Source of the DNA: Edaphobacter aggregans
GTDB lineage: Bacteria; Acidobacteriota; Terriglobia; Terriglobales; Acidobacteriaceae
Direction of reading: 5' to 3'
NCBI RefSeq assembly: GCF_003945235.1
Contig: NZ_RSDW01000001.1
Location: 1,530,001 to 1,562,000 of the forward strand
Length of the DNA: 32,000 bases
Shown here: positions 16,967 through 25,832 of the stretch, one piece after another
How the letters are laid out: every line of letters begins with the position of its first letter
Position numbering within the stretch: position 1 is the first letter of the stretch
The notes under the pieces: generated by a model
What the model was told of the DNA's origin: nothing
Database searches by the model: none
Seen by the model: only the letters and a program-made list of their open reading frames with translations
Made by a program: the position numbers and the translations under genes

Positions 16967-18591
16967 TCCGTCACCCCCGCCAACCGTAAAATTTCCTCAT
17001 CACCCAGCCCGTCCCCCACCACAAGTCCTTTATTAGCAAAGCCTTCCACCTGTACCAGCACCGATTCACTCAGCACCCGCGCCGACACCGCCACCACACC
17101 AGCCAACTGAAGCGCCCGGACCACACCCACCACTGCATCATCCGGAATCAGCGCATCATCAATCATCACAGCACGCTGACCCCGCGCACCCAGAGCATCC
17201 CTAACTCGTTCTGCCAGAGCGACTTTGCCCGGCACCAGCACAAGCACAGCTCGTTCCGCATCCTCACCTGAAGCCTCCACCGCCCCAAGAATCATCGCTG
17301 CTCCAACCGTGGCATTCGTCAAGCCATCGATCAGAATCAGCGCCCCCATACTCCGGTTCTCCGCATACGCGTCAAAAAAAAGCGGCAAATTAGTCTCAAA
17401 CTCCACCTCAGCGATTTCATTCATCGCCAGTCGCTCCGCAGCCACCTCATCGAGCGAGCCCACATCCACGCGATAGCGAATCGCCCTCACAGTAGCCCGT
17501 ACCGTCCGCGTCGTATGCTTCGCAATGTACGTCCGCCCCGCAATCAGCGGCTCTTCGTGCATCCATACCACCATCGCGCGAAACCGCCGACTAACCTCAG
17601 GCAGCGTATCACCAGCTTCAGGAGCAGCAACCAACATCTCCCCGCGGCTTAGGTCGATTTCGTCCTCCAACTCCACCGTCACGCTCTGGGGATACGCCGC
17701 TACCGGAAGATCACCGTCATAGGTAACGATCCGGCGCACAAATGTCTCCCGCCGTGATGGAAGCGCCATTACCCTCTGCCCAGCGCGCACCATCCCACGC
17801 GCAACCTGTCCCGCAAACCCGCGAAACTCCGCATCCGGCCGCAACACCAACTGCACCGGAAACCGCACCGGCCCATTCACTTCGCCCACCCGCAACGGCA
17901 CTGTCTCCAGATACTCAAGCAGCGTCGGCCCCTCGTACCAAGGCATCGCGTCGCTTGGCGTAACGACGTTATCCCCCTCCAACGCACTTACCGGAATCGC
18001 CGAAACGCTAGCCAGCCCAAGTCGTCCCGCCAGATCAAAAAACTCCCCACGAATCGCGGCGAAGGTCTCCTCCGAATACTCCACCAGGTCCATCTTGTTC
18101 ACCGCAGCCACGACATGCGGAATCCCCAGCAGAGAAGCAATATACGTATGCCTCTTCGACTGCGGCAGCAGCCCACCCTGCTTCAGAAACGCCTTAGCAT
18201 CAATCAGAACAATCGCCACATCCGCCGTCGAAGCACCAGTTGCCATATTCCGCGTGTACTGCTCATGCCCCGGAGTATCCGCAATGATGAACTTCCGCCG
18301 CGCCGTAGAAAAATAGCGGTAAGCCACATCGATCGTAATGCCCTGCTCTCGCTCCGCCTTTAAGCCGTCTGTTAACAATGAAAAGTCAACATGTCCATTT
18401 GCAGCTCGATTCACGCGGCTCTTCTTCACCGCCGTAAGCTGGTCTTCGTACACACTCTTCGTGTCATGCAGCAACCGCCCAATCAGCGTGCTCTTTCCAT
18501 CATCGACGCTGCCGGCTGTCGTAAACCGTAGCATCTCCTGCTCCAGATGAGCTTCAAGAAACTCCTCAAACCTGATCATTTCCTCAACCAT
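16963..18591 (-). CDS. cysN: Sulfate adenylyltransferase subunit 1 (GTPase) with about 105-aa C-terminal extension resembling a degenerate APS-kinase domain
   Basis: G-motifs GSVDDGKST, DTPGHEQY and NKMD are present. The EF-Tu-like domains II/III end around ...TNATVGAAMILG. The extra tail is AVLVLVPGKVALAERVRDALGARGQRAVMIDDALI... Confidence 0.9.
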   Translation of the reverse strand: MVEEMIRFEEFLEAHLEQEMLRFTTAGSVDDGKSTLIGRLLHDTKSVYEDQLTAVKKSRVNRAANGHVDFSLLTDGLKAEREQGITIDVAYRYFSTARRKFIIADTPGHEQYTRNMATGASTADVAIVLIDAKAFLKQGGLLPQSKRHTYIASLLGIPHVVAAVNKMDLVEYSEETFAAIRGEFFDLAGRLGLASVSAIPVSALEGDNVVTPSDAMPWYEGPTLLEYLETVPLRVGEVNGPVRFPVQLVLRPDAEFRGFAGQVARGMVRAGQRVMALPSRRETFVRRIVTYDGDLPVAAYPQSVTVELEDEIDLSRGEMLVAAPEAGDTLPEVSRRFRAMVVWMHEEPLIAGRTYIAKHTTRTVRATVRAIRYRVDVGSLDEVAAERLAMNEIAEVEFETNLPLFFDAYAENRSMGALILIDGLTNATVGAAMILGAVEASGEDAERAVLVLVPGKVALAERVRDALGARGQRAVMIDDALIPDDAVVGVVRALQLAGVVAVSARVLSESVLVQVEGFANKGLVVGDGLGDEEILRLAGVTE

Positions 18592-19544
18592 TAGAAGTAA
18601 CCCTCCCGCTTCTTCACTTCCATCGAGCCTTCTTCATCATGGTCGATCGCCCGGTTCTCCCGCTCACTTCGCCGAAACGTCATCAGCTCCTCGATGATCT
18701 TCGGTAGCGTGTCCGCCTCACTTCGCATCGCCCCCGTGCAAGGCAGGCAGCCCAGCGACCTCATCCGCACCTTCACCGTCTCCACCGTCTCACCCGGCAA
18801 CAACTTCATGCCATCGTGAACCAACGTCATAGCTCCACCCCGGACCACCAGCGGACGCTCCTTCGCAAAGTACAGCGGCACAATCGGAATCTTCTCCGCA
18901 TACAGATATAGCCAAATATCCAGTTCCGTCCAGTTCGACAGCGGAAACACCCGAATGCTCTCGCCCTTCCGCAGCCGCGAGTTGTACAAACTCCAAAGCT
19001 CGGGCCGCTGATTCTTCGGATCCCACTGCCCCGCCGCATCGCGGAAGCTGTACACCCGCTCTTTAGCCCGGCTCTTCTCCTCATCCCTTCGCGCCCCACC
19101 AAACGCCGCATCGAAGCCGCCCTCCGCCAGCGCATCCAGCAAACTCCGTGTCTTCAGCAACCCGCAGCAGTTCTGCGTCCCTAGCGTATAAGGATTCGCC
19201 CCTGCCGCAATCGCCTCCTCATTGCGATGCACAATCAGCTCTGCACCAATCTCCCGGGTGTATTCATCGCGAAATGCAATCATCTCCGGAAACTTGTAGC
19301 TCGTATCCACATGCAGCAGCGGAAACGGAATCTTCCCGGGATAGAACGCCTTCTGCGCCAGCCGCAGCATCACCGACGAGTCCTTGCCGATCGAGTACAG
19401 CATCACCGGTCGCGCGAACTCCGCTACCGCCTCTCGGAGAATTGCAATGCTCTCTGCCTCCAGCGCCTGCAGATGTGTCAGCCGAACCGGCTGGCTCGTT
19501 CCTGTCTGCTCCAATGCATTTGTCGTTTGATCCAAAGCAATCAT
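18591..19544 (-). CDS. cysD: Sulfate adenylyltransferase subunit 2
   Basis: The 317-aa PAPS_reduct-type ATP pyrophosphatase fold ([13 protein letters not shown]) and the C-terminal ...[10 protein letters not shown] are typical of CysD. Its stop overlaps the cysN start by 1 nt (TAATG). Confidence 0.92.
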   Translation of the reverse strand: MIALDQTTNALEQTGTSQPVRLTHLQALEAESIAILREAVAEFARPVMLYSIGKDSSVMLRLAQKAFYPGKIPFPLLHVDTSYKFPEMIAFRDEYTREIGAELIVHRNEEAIAAGANPYTLGTQNCCGLLKTRSLLDALAEGGFDAAFGGARRDEEKSRAKERVYSFRDAAGQWDPKNQRPELWSLYNSRLRKGESIRVFPLSNWTELDIWLYLYAEKIPIVPLYFAKERPLVVRGGAMTLVHDGMKLLPGETVETVKVRMRSLGCLPCTGAMRSEADTLPKIIEELMTFRRSERENRAIDHDEEGSMEVKKREGYF

Positions 19545-19885
19545 TGAGGGTCTTTGTCTCCAGATGGGGCTATGACTCGGCCAAAGCTACGGAAGAGAAG
19601 GCCGCTAAGGTTTTAAGGCTGGTTATGTAGGAAGGGAGATGGTCCGTTAGCGGGGACAGCGCCGGAGCATATTCATCCGGCAACAACACGCACGCGTAAT
19701 CAGGAACACCATACCTTCCACTATAAAGTGCCCCAGATGCCACCGCAACTACCCAGTCGCACACCGAGCACGAACCCCCTCACATCTGCTAAACTAATTC
19801 AGTCGGTACAGCGATCCAGCAAGCCCACCCGGGCGCTTGAGCCTCGCGGAACGCTCTCCTCATCGGCATCTCACCGCAGCACATT

Positions 19886-19962
<77 letters not shown>

Positions 19963-20129
19963 TTCTTCCAAAACAGCTCTTTTGAATATCATGTCGAAGG
20001 GCTTTCTGTATGCAGGCGCTACATTTACGGCGTCTACAGAGCAGTCCGATAGCGCCGCTACCGGGGATAGGCCCTGGGCACTCAGAGGATTTTCGAATTG
20101 GTGAATACGGCATATTCACTGTATGTTTC

Positions 20130-20560
20130 GCAAGATTCGACCGAAAAGGCCAACTTGCTGAAAATGCTATCTTCCGTCAGGTTCACCTCGACCGCTGCAC
20201 AATCGATCTGACGAACACCAAAGAATGGTCGGCCCGAACCGTTCACCTGAACGCCGACTCTATTGCCGCGCTGGAATCCATCCGATTAAAGGGCAGAAGC
20301 CCAGCGATTCAGTCTTCCAGCCTGAAGGCTCACGTTTCGATACTCGTTCCTGGTTTTTGCCGTGCCTTGTTGACACCGGCATCGAAGGCTATGTGTGGCA
20401 CTCGAATCGACATACCTTTTGCTCATAGCTCCATGGCCGGAAGCCACCATCAAAGTAATCCAGGAGCTTGCCGGGCACAAACAATCACCATGTCTGCCCG
20501 CTACAACCACCTGTCACCCGAACACCGTTTGTCGGTAATTTATCGCATCGCGCGGCAGCC
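20130..20560 (+). pseudogene. Tyrosine recombinase (phage-type integrase) remnant: catalytic domain only, multiply frameshifted
   Basis: Integrase catalytic-domain segments are spread over three frames. Frame A: VHLDRCTIDLTNTKEWSARTVHLNADSIAALESI. Frame B: DSVFQPEGSRFDTRSWFLPCLVDTGIEGYVWHSNRHTFCS, then a stop. Frame C: ATIKVIQELAGHK. Back in frame A: TITMSARYNHLSPEH (HxxR and catalytic Tyr boxes). No N-terminal core-binding domain lies between it and the tRNA. Confidence 0.75.
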
Positions 20561-20662
20561 TCCGAGGAAACGAATGGTACGAAAAATTGAAACCAACAGC
20601 CACCAAATAAAAACGGCCACTTCGAATGAGCGGCCCTTTGTCCTGTAACTATTTTATTATCT

Positions 20663-20717
20663 TGGTGCCGGGAGGGGGGGTCGAACCCCCACGAGGTTGC
20701 CCTCGGCGGATTTTGAG
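20663..20717 (-). pseudogene. Orphan 3' half of a class II tRNA-Leu(CAA) gene (anticodon loop to CCA), att-like remnant
   Basis: The minus strand reads CTCAAAA-TCCGC-(CGAGG-GCAA-CCTCG)-TG-GGGGG-TTCGACC-CCCCC-TCCCGGC-A-CCA. That is a perfect variable arm, T arm and 3' acceptor. The sequence 5' of the anticodon loop (…TCTCGGGAAA) cannot form the anticodon stem (GCGGA needed), and no GCCGGGA acceptor 5' strand is present. Confidence 0.8.
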
Positions 20718-21007
20718 TTTCCCGAGAATACCGTATGTTTATGATAAATAAGCGTAATCGAGCGTAATTAGCGAACCAGCTAAACTCATTCCCACCTGTA
20801 ATTTAGCGTAGCTTGCCGCAATTAGGGCGAACTGACGTCTGTACCCGAACGTGTACCTGAAAAAACCCTGCACCTTGGCGAGCGCTGAAGTCGAAGTGTG
20901 CCTCTGGCGAATAGAGTCCAAGAAGGAGCGATGACCGAACTCAACTCCGAATTGCCTACCCGCTCAAATCCGTTTGGCACTCCAGGGTGAACCCTGATGC
21001 GGCTTCA

Positions 21008-22954
21008 TTATCTTTTCGTAAGGAAAGCAAGGAACTCAGATTCGCTTTTTGTGAGTCCTGGGAACGTGTCCGACACGGATCCGTCAACACTCAGAATCGC
21101 ATAGAAAGGCAGCGCAACTGTACCGAACGTCTTCTGCTGGAGGCTCTGTTGACGCTGAAAGATTTCACCATCGCCGTCGGTATAGAGACGCACGCAAATA
21201 TACCGTTTCAACTCCCGGCTGACCTCCGGCTTCGAGAACATGTTCGCCTCCATCCAACGACAGTTCGTGCATGTGTATCCGGTAAAGTCGATAAACACAG
21301 GCATGTTCTCTCGCTTCGCCCTGGCCAATGCACCCTCATAGTCATTGATCACCCAATGTACTTCAGCGTCCGAATTTGACCGTGGCCCTTCGATCGCACC
21401 CGAAGAAATTGCGCCCATCTCCGGCGGGAGGAATGCTTCCAACCCTCCGAGCTGCCTTCCGAACAAACCAGGGACCAACCATATGGTCGCAGCGAGAACG
21501 ACCATGGCGACGATCAGCCGCCCGGCACCTACACTCCCCCTTGCTTCTTCGTGCGCCATTCGCAAGTAGCCCAAAATATACAGGACCGTCAGAATGCCTA
21601 TTCCCACCCAGGTTGCCAGGACTACTTGCCGCGTGAAGATGCCCCAGCGCCACACGAGGTCGGCGTTCGAAAGAAATTTCATTGCTGCAGCAACTTCAAG
21701 GAAGCCCACAACAACCTTGACCGAGATCATCCAACCGCCGGACTTTGGCAACTGCGACAGAACTTGCGGGGCCAGAGCAAGAAAGAAGAACGGAACAGCG
21801 AAAACAGTCGAGAAAGCCAGCATGCCGGCCAGTGGCCACCGCCAATTCCCTTGTGTGGCCATTACTAACAACGTCCCCACAAATGGCGCGGTACATGTGA
21901 AGGATGTCAGCGTGAAGGTAGAACCCATCAATAAAGCGCCAACAACCCTGGTTCCCTCTTTGCTGCGGGTCAGCGAATCAAGCCTGTTTGTTAAAGCCGG
22001 CGGCACTTGAATGAAGTACGCCCCCAATAGCGAGAATGCAAATCCTAGAAAAATCGCAGTGATGAGAAGATTCACCCAGGGATTAGCAGCCAACTTGTTC
22101 ACCCCGCCAGCACCGAAGATGATCGCAAGCAGCAAACCTAGCGCGGTGAAGGTCAGGATGATTCCTAATCCGTATAGCAGCGCTGTGTTTACTGCACTTC
22201 GACGACCCGTGCCGGAGTGATTGACGAAGTACGACACTGTCATCGGAATCATCGGGAAGACGCAGGGCGTCAGAAGCGAAAGTCCACCCATCATTACAGC
22301 AAGCCAGAGGAATGAACCCATGGATTGCCTGGGAACGCTAAGACCCGCAACGGATATTTCCTTGGAATTCTTCTCAACGGCGGCGGAGGACGAAGAAGTA
22401 TCGGGCAGAGGGGCAGAGAAAACTACTTGCCCCTTCTGCTCAAGGGACTTACCTACCGGTGTTGCAGCAGCTTTTATCGCTTTGATGCTTACCGGAACCC
22501 TCAGATGTTCCGTAGTTGCTGGCATGCATGTTGTGTCGTTACATACCTGGAACCTGACATCGATGGCGAGCTTTTGATCGCCGGCAGGCGTGTTTGGAGA
22601 CACGGACACCGGAACAGCGAACTCGGGATGGTCTTCGTAAGTCTCCGTGTTCATCTCGAAATTTGCGTCATAAGCAGTGAGCGGTGGCGGCCCGCTGATC
22701 TGACCATCGAGTCTGAAGGGCTGCATCTTCGGAATACTTATAACAGTGGTTGTGGGCCCTCCGGACGGCTGGGTAATGGAATACATATGCCAGCCACTGC
22801 TGATCTTCGCAGACAGCTTCACCGAGAATTTCTCTCCTGGCTGGATCGCTTTGCCAGGGGCTGGTGCCGCACTCCACTGTGCGGGACGCTCCTGGCAAGG
22901 CGCTCCAATTGCCATCGTTATCAGCAGCAAAACCGTCCAACAACAATTCTTCAT
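21008..22954 (-). CDS. dsbD: Thiol:disulfide interchange protein DsbD (alpha, transmembrane beta, thioredoxin-like gamma domains)
   Basis: Signal peptide. N-terminal DsbD-alpha-like domain (SSGWHMYS, RFQVCNDTTCMPA). Central 8-TM DsbD/CcdA core with conserved cysteines (LLTPCVFPMIP, FTCTAPFVG). C-terminal thioredoxin fold (VFIDFTGYTCTNCRWME). 648 aa. Confidence 0.9.
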   Translation of the reverse strand: MKNCCWTVLLLITMAIGAPCQERPAQWSAAPAPGKAIQPGEKFSVKLSAKISSGWHMYSITQPSGGPTTTVISIPKMQPFRLDGQISGPPPLTAYDANFEMNTETYEDHPEFAVPVSVSPNTPAGDQKLAIDVRFQVCNDTTCMPATTEHLRVPVSIKAIKAAATPVGKSLEQKGQVVFSAPLPDTSSSSAAVEKNSKEISVAGLSVPRQSMGSFLWLAVMMGGLSLLTPCVFPMIPMTVSYFVNHSGTGRRSAVNTALLYGLGIILTFTALGLLLAIIFGAGGVNKLAANPWVNLLITAIFLGFAFSLLGAYFIQVPPALTNRLDSLTRSKEGTRVVGALLMGSTFTLTSFTCTAPFVGTLLVMATQGNWRWPLAGMLAFSTVFAVPFFFLALAPQVLSQLPKSGGWMISVKVVVGFLEVAAAMKFLSNADLVWRWGIFTRQVVLATWVGIGILTVLYILGYLRMAHEEARGSVGAGRLIVAMVVLAATIWLVPGLFGRQLGGLEAFLPPEMGAISSGAIEGPRSNSDAEVHWVINDYEGALARAKRENMPVFIDFTGYTCTNCRWMEANMFSKPEVSRELKRYICVRLYTDGDGEIFQRQQSLQQKTFGTVALPFYAILSVDGSVSDTFPGLTKSESEFLAFLTKR

Positions 22955-22983
22955 CGATCAAACAGCCTTTCGTCCGGAATTTC

Positions 22984-25746
22984 CTAGCTCTTGATCTTTG
23001 AGAAATCGCCTGCTTCGACCACGATCATCTTGCTGGGATCGATATACCGCCGCATCGCGCTCTTGATCTGTTCGGAGCTCAATGACTGGATGGCTCCCTC
23101 AAACTTATCGTCCCAATGCAGATCGCGATCGATATACAGGTGCGACAGCAGCGAGCCTGCGATGCTGCCATCGTCTGCGAATCGCATCTGGCGGCTTTGC
23201 AACATTCCTGCCTTCGCTGCTGCAAGTTCTTCTGCCGTGAAGCCATCCTGAAGCACATGGCCTAGCTCGTCCTGATACACCTTCTCCACCTTTGAAGCAT
23301 TTTGCGGCGCACAGATCGCCGAGAAGATGAACGAGCCGTTCTTGTCCATCGCATCCGCCTCGAGTTGCGACCCGACACTGTAGCTGAGTCCCTCGTTTTG
23401 GCGGATCTTAGTTGCAAGGCGTGAGTTGAGGAAGCCGCCTCCCAGCATATAGTTCCCCAGAACGAGAGCCGGATAGTCAGGATCGAATTCGCTGATCTCC
23501 AGCGTTCCAGCAGCCATGACAACCGCATTTGCTTTGTCCGGGGTCTCAAAAGACTCGTTCGTTCCTTGGATACCCTTATAGACAGAAGTGATCCGCTGAT
23601 AAGGCACCGGACTCTTCCAGTCACCAAACGTTTCATTAAGCACCGATGTGAGTTCCGCCTGATCAAAGGGGCCGACGAACGCACCTTCTCCGGAACCGAT
23701 TCCGTAGAAGTCATGATGGAATTTCTTCACATCAGCCAAAGTGGTAGAACTCAGTCTCGATAAGATCTCATCTGTCGTGGGCTCATAGCGAGAGTCTTCC
23801 GGCTTGTACGGAGACGTGTACCGTCGAATTGCTTTGGACGCGACTGCCTGGGGCTGATGGCGCGAATCCGTTACCGACATGGCCAGCATCTGCTTGATTT
23901 GATTAAACTGATCCTCCGGATAAGCAGGATTTCGCGCAATTTCAGCCGCAAGGCGCAATGCGGCGGCCAGATTTTCCTTCGGCACCTTGACCCGGATAGT
24001 GATGTGTTTGTCGTCACCACTCACACTCAGATCGGCTTTCAACCGGGTCATCTCGTCCTGAAGCTGAGTCATGTTGTACTTCTGGGTTCCGGTCATGAGC
24101 AGCGCGCCTGCGACGCTTCCAGCCGTCGTGCGCCCTCTGAGCGCAACTTCATTTCCGAAGTGGAACTGCAGAACGCCCGTTACAAGATCACCTCGTGTCT
24201 TTTTCTCAAGCAGAGCAAGTTTGATTCCGCCTACCGAGCTGCGCTTCGTGCGTGCTTCAATCGCAGCAGGAGTGGGATCGATCTGTTCACCAGCAGCGAT
24301 CGCAGCTCCACCCTTATAGTCCTTCAGCATTGCCGTTGTGTCCGGAGCATTCGGAATTTCTGCGCGCACAGGCTTCTCTTCCGGAATGAAAATGCCGACC
24401 GTTCTGTTGGATGGCACAAGATATTTCGCTGCGACTCGTTGGAGATCGGCGACAGTGATCTTCTTGATCTGATCTCGTTCCCAGAACAGCAGTCTCCAAT
24501 CTCCTTGCGAAATCGACTCGCTCAAGTAGAGCCCCACTCGATCCGCAGAGGTCAGAGCTCGGTCGATGCCGTTCAGCGCCTCCGCTCGCACACGATTGAG
24601 TTCAGCTTCAGTAATTGGCTCCGCGGCAATGCTCTCCGCAACATTGAGGAGCGCCGCCTTTGCCGCTTGCAGATTTCCGGCCTTTGGTAGCTCAGCGCTG
24701 AAGGAAACCAGGCCCGGATCATGCAATCCCATAAGGCTCGAGCCTGCACCTGTGGCAAGCTTCGTTTCAACCAGTCGCTTATAGAGACGGCCCGAAGGTT
24801 TCTGATTCAGGACATCCGTAAGAAGATCGAGTGCGGTTGCGTCGGGGTGCGAGGCAGATGGCGCGTGATACGCCGCCATAATGACTTGCGTCTGTCCAAC
24901 CCGATGGAGCGTAACTTCGCGCTCGCCATCCTGAACCGGTTCCGCGGTATAGAAATTCGGGAGCGAACGCGATGGCCTCGCAATCAGACCAAACTTCTCC
25001 TGGATGAGAGCGAGCGTCTTCGCCTCGTCGAATTTGCCGGCGACGACGAGCACCGCGTTATCCGGTTGGTAGTAAGTATGGTAAAACGCCTGCAGGCGGT
25101 CGATCGGCACATTCTCCACGTCTGCTCGTGCACCGATCGTTGGATGGCTGTAGTTATGCCATATGTATGCTGTCTCCAGCACTCGTTCCTGCAGAATTCG
25201 TGTCGGGCTGTTCTCCCCGTTCTCCATTTCATTACGGACGACAGTCATTTCCGTGTCGAGGTCTTTCTTGGCGATGAACGAATTCACCATCCTGTCGGCT
25301 TCCAGGCTCAATGCCCAATTCAGGTTCTCGTTACTCGCGGAAAAGATCTCGTAGTAATTCGTTCGGTCGGTAGTCGTCGACCCGTTCACCTTTGCGCCGT
25401 GCAAGCTTAGCTCGTCCGGGATATGTTGATGTGTCGGTGTGCCCTTGAACATCAGGTGCTCCAGTAGGTGTGCCATGCCTGTTTCCCCATAGCTCTCCTG
25501 TCTGGAACCGACAAGATACGTGATGTTTACATTGATGACAGGCTTTGACTGCTCCGGATAAAGAAGCACTCGGAGCCCGTTGGAGAGACGGTATTCCGTG
25601 ATTCCTTCGACCGAAGTAATACGCTGTGGTGCCTGCTCTGGTTTCAACGGCCCGGAAGTCGCTCCCTGCTGGACTTGACCAAGCAAGCTGGTTGTTAAGA
25701 CCGCGGCAGCTACGACGCTCGACAAACGACAAAAATGGAACCTCAT
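22984..25746 (-). CDS. Exported double M16 (pitrilysin-family) zinc peptidase: active N-terminal unit fused to an HxxEH-less second unit
   Basis: I set the start at ATG 25746 (MRFHFCRLSSVVAAAVLTTSLLGQ signal peptide), preceded by AGGAG. The inverted zincin motif HLLEHLMFKGT is in the first half. The second half (from about ...GNEVALRGRTTAGSVAGALLMTGTQKY) is M16-like but lacks HxxEH. 920 aa. Confidence 0.88.
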   Translation of the reverse strand: MRFHFCRLSSVVAAAVLTTSLLGQVQQGATSGPLKPEQAPQRITSVEGITEYRLSNGLRVLLYPEQSKPVINVNITYLVGSRQESYGETGMAHLLEHLMFKGTPTHQHIPDELSLHGAKVNGSTTTDRTNYYEIFSASNENLNWALSLEADRMVNSFIAKKDLDTEMTVVRNEMENGENSPTRILQERVLETAYIWHNYSHPTIGARADVENVPIDRLQAFYHTYYQPDNAVLVVAGKFDEAKTLALIQEKFGLIARPSRSLPNFYTAEPVQDGEREVTLHRVGQTQVIMAAYHAPSASHPDATALDLLTDVLNQKPSGRLYKRLVETKLATGAGSSLMGLHDPGLVSFSAELPKAGNLQAAKAALLNVAESIAAEPITEAELNRVRAEALNGIDRALTSADRVGLYLSESISQGDWRLLFWERDQIKKITVADLQRVAAKYLVPSNRTVGIFIPEEKPVRAEIPNAPDTTAMLKDYKGGAAIAAGEQIDPTPAAIEARTKRSSVGGIKLALLEKKTRGDLVTGVLQFHFGNEVALRGRTTAGSVAGALLMTGTQKYNMTQLQDEMTRLKADLSVSGDDKHITIRVKVPKENLAAALRLAAEIARNPAYPEDQFNQIKQMLAMSVTDSRHQPQAVASKAIRRYTSPYKPEDSRYEPTTDEILSRLSSTTLADVKKFHHDFYGIGSGEGAFVGPFDQAELTSVLNETFGDWKSPVPYQRITSVYKGIQGTNESFETPDKANAVVMAAGTLEISEFDPDYPALVLGNYMLGGGFLNSRLATKIRQNEGLSYSVGSQLEADAMDKNGSFIFSAICAPQNASKVEKVYQDELGHVLQDGFTAEELAAAKAGMLQSRQMRFADDGSIAGSLLSHLYIDRDLHWDDKFEGAIQSLSSEQIKSAMRRYIDPSKMIVVEAGDFSKIKS

Positions 25747-25832
25747 TCGACTTCTCCTAATGGTTTCGGCCACACGATTCGGCGCAATAAAGTTGGCGGT
25801 ATATCTGACTTCCACAATCAACCGAAAGAAAG

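Larger units (their letters stand above)
19963..20717. mobile_element. Decayed integrative-element junction (integrase remnant flanked by tRNA-Pro and a tRNA-Leu 3' half)
   Basis: It combines an intact tRNA, a degraded integrase, an orphan tRNA 3' half and an abrupt drop in GC and strand skew starting right after 19962. Confidence 0.55.

Noticed and set aside
19545-19885. 340-nt region upstream of cysD, checked for a SAM-type or other sulfur riboswitch. It also contains the 64-aa ORF 19570..19764
   Set aside because: I could not recognise any SAM-I/II core sequences by eye. Only generic pairings are present: GCCGGA...TCCGGC at about 19660-19680 and a 6-bp CAGATG/CATCTG long-range pairing. 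The ORF has no start context or motifs. A covariance-model scan (Rfam) would settle this.
20010-20648. 212-aa ORF read as an intact gene
   Set aside because: It is a chimera. Only parts of it match integrase catalytic segments, and the remaining conserved boxes lie in the other two frames (20225..20428 and a third frame). I therefore call it a pseudogene instead.
20739-20921. 60-aa minus-strand ORF, and a 19-codon + strand ORF at 20931 preceded by AAGGAG
   Set aside because: There are no motifs. The AAGGAG is only 2 nt from the ATG, which is too close for a functional SD. The region is better explained as a non-coding junction.
22325-25410. Long + strand ORFs antisense to the dsbD and M16 genes (22325..22987, 23857..24690, 24721..25410). 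The same applies to 26458..27279 antisense to the 566-aa gene
   Set aside because: They have Arg/Cys/Ser-rich, motif-free translations and no start context. Each is fully embedded opposite a gene with strong family signatures.
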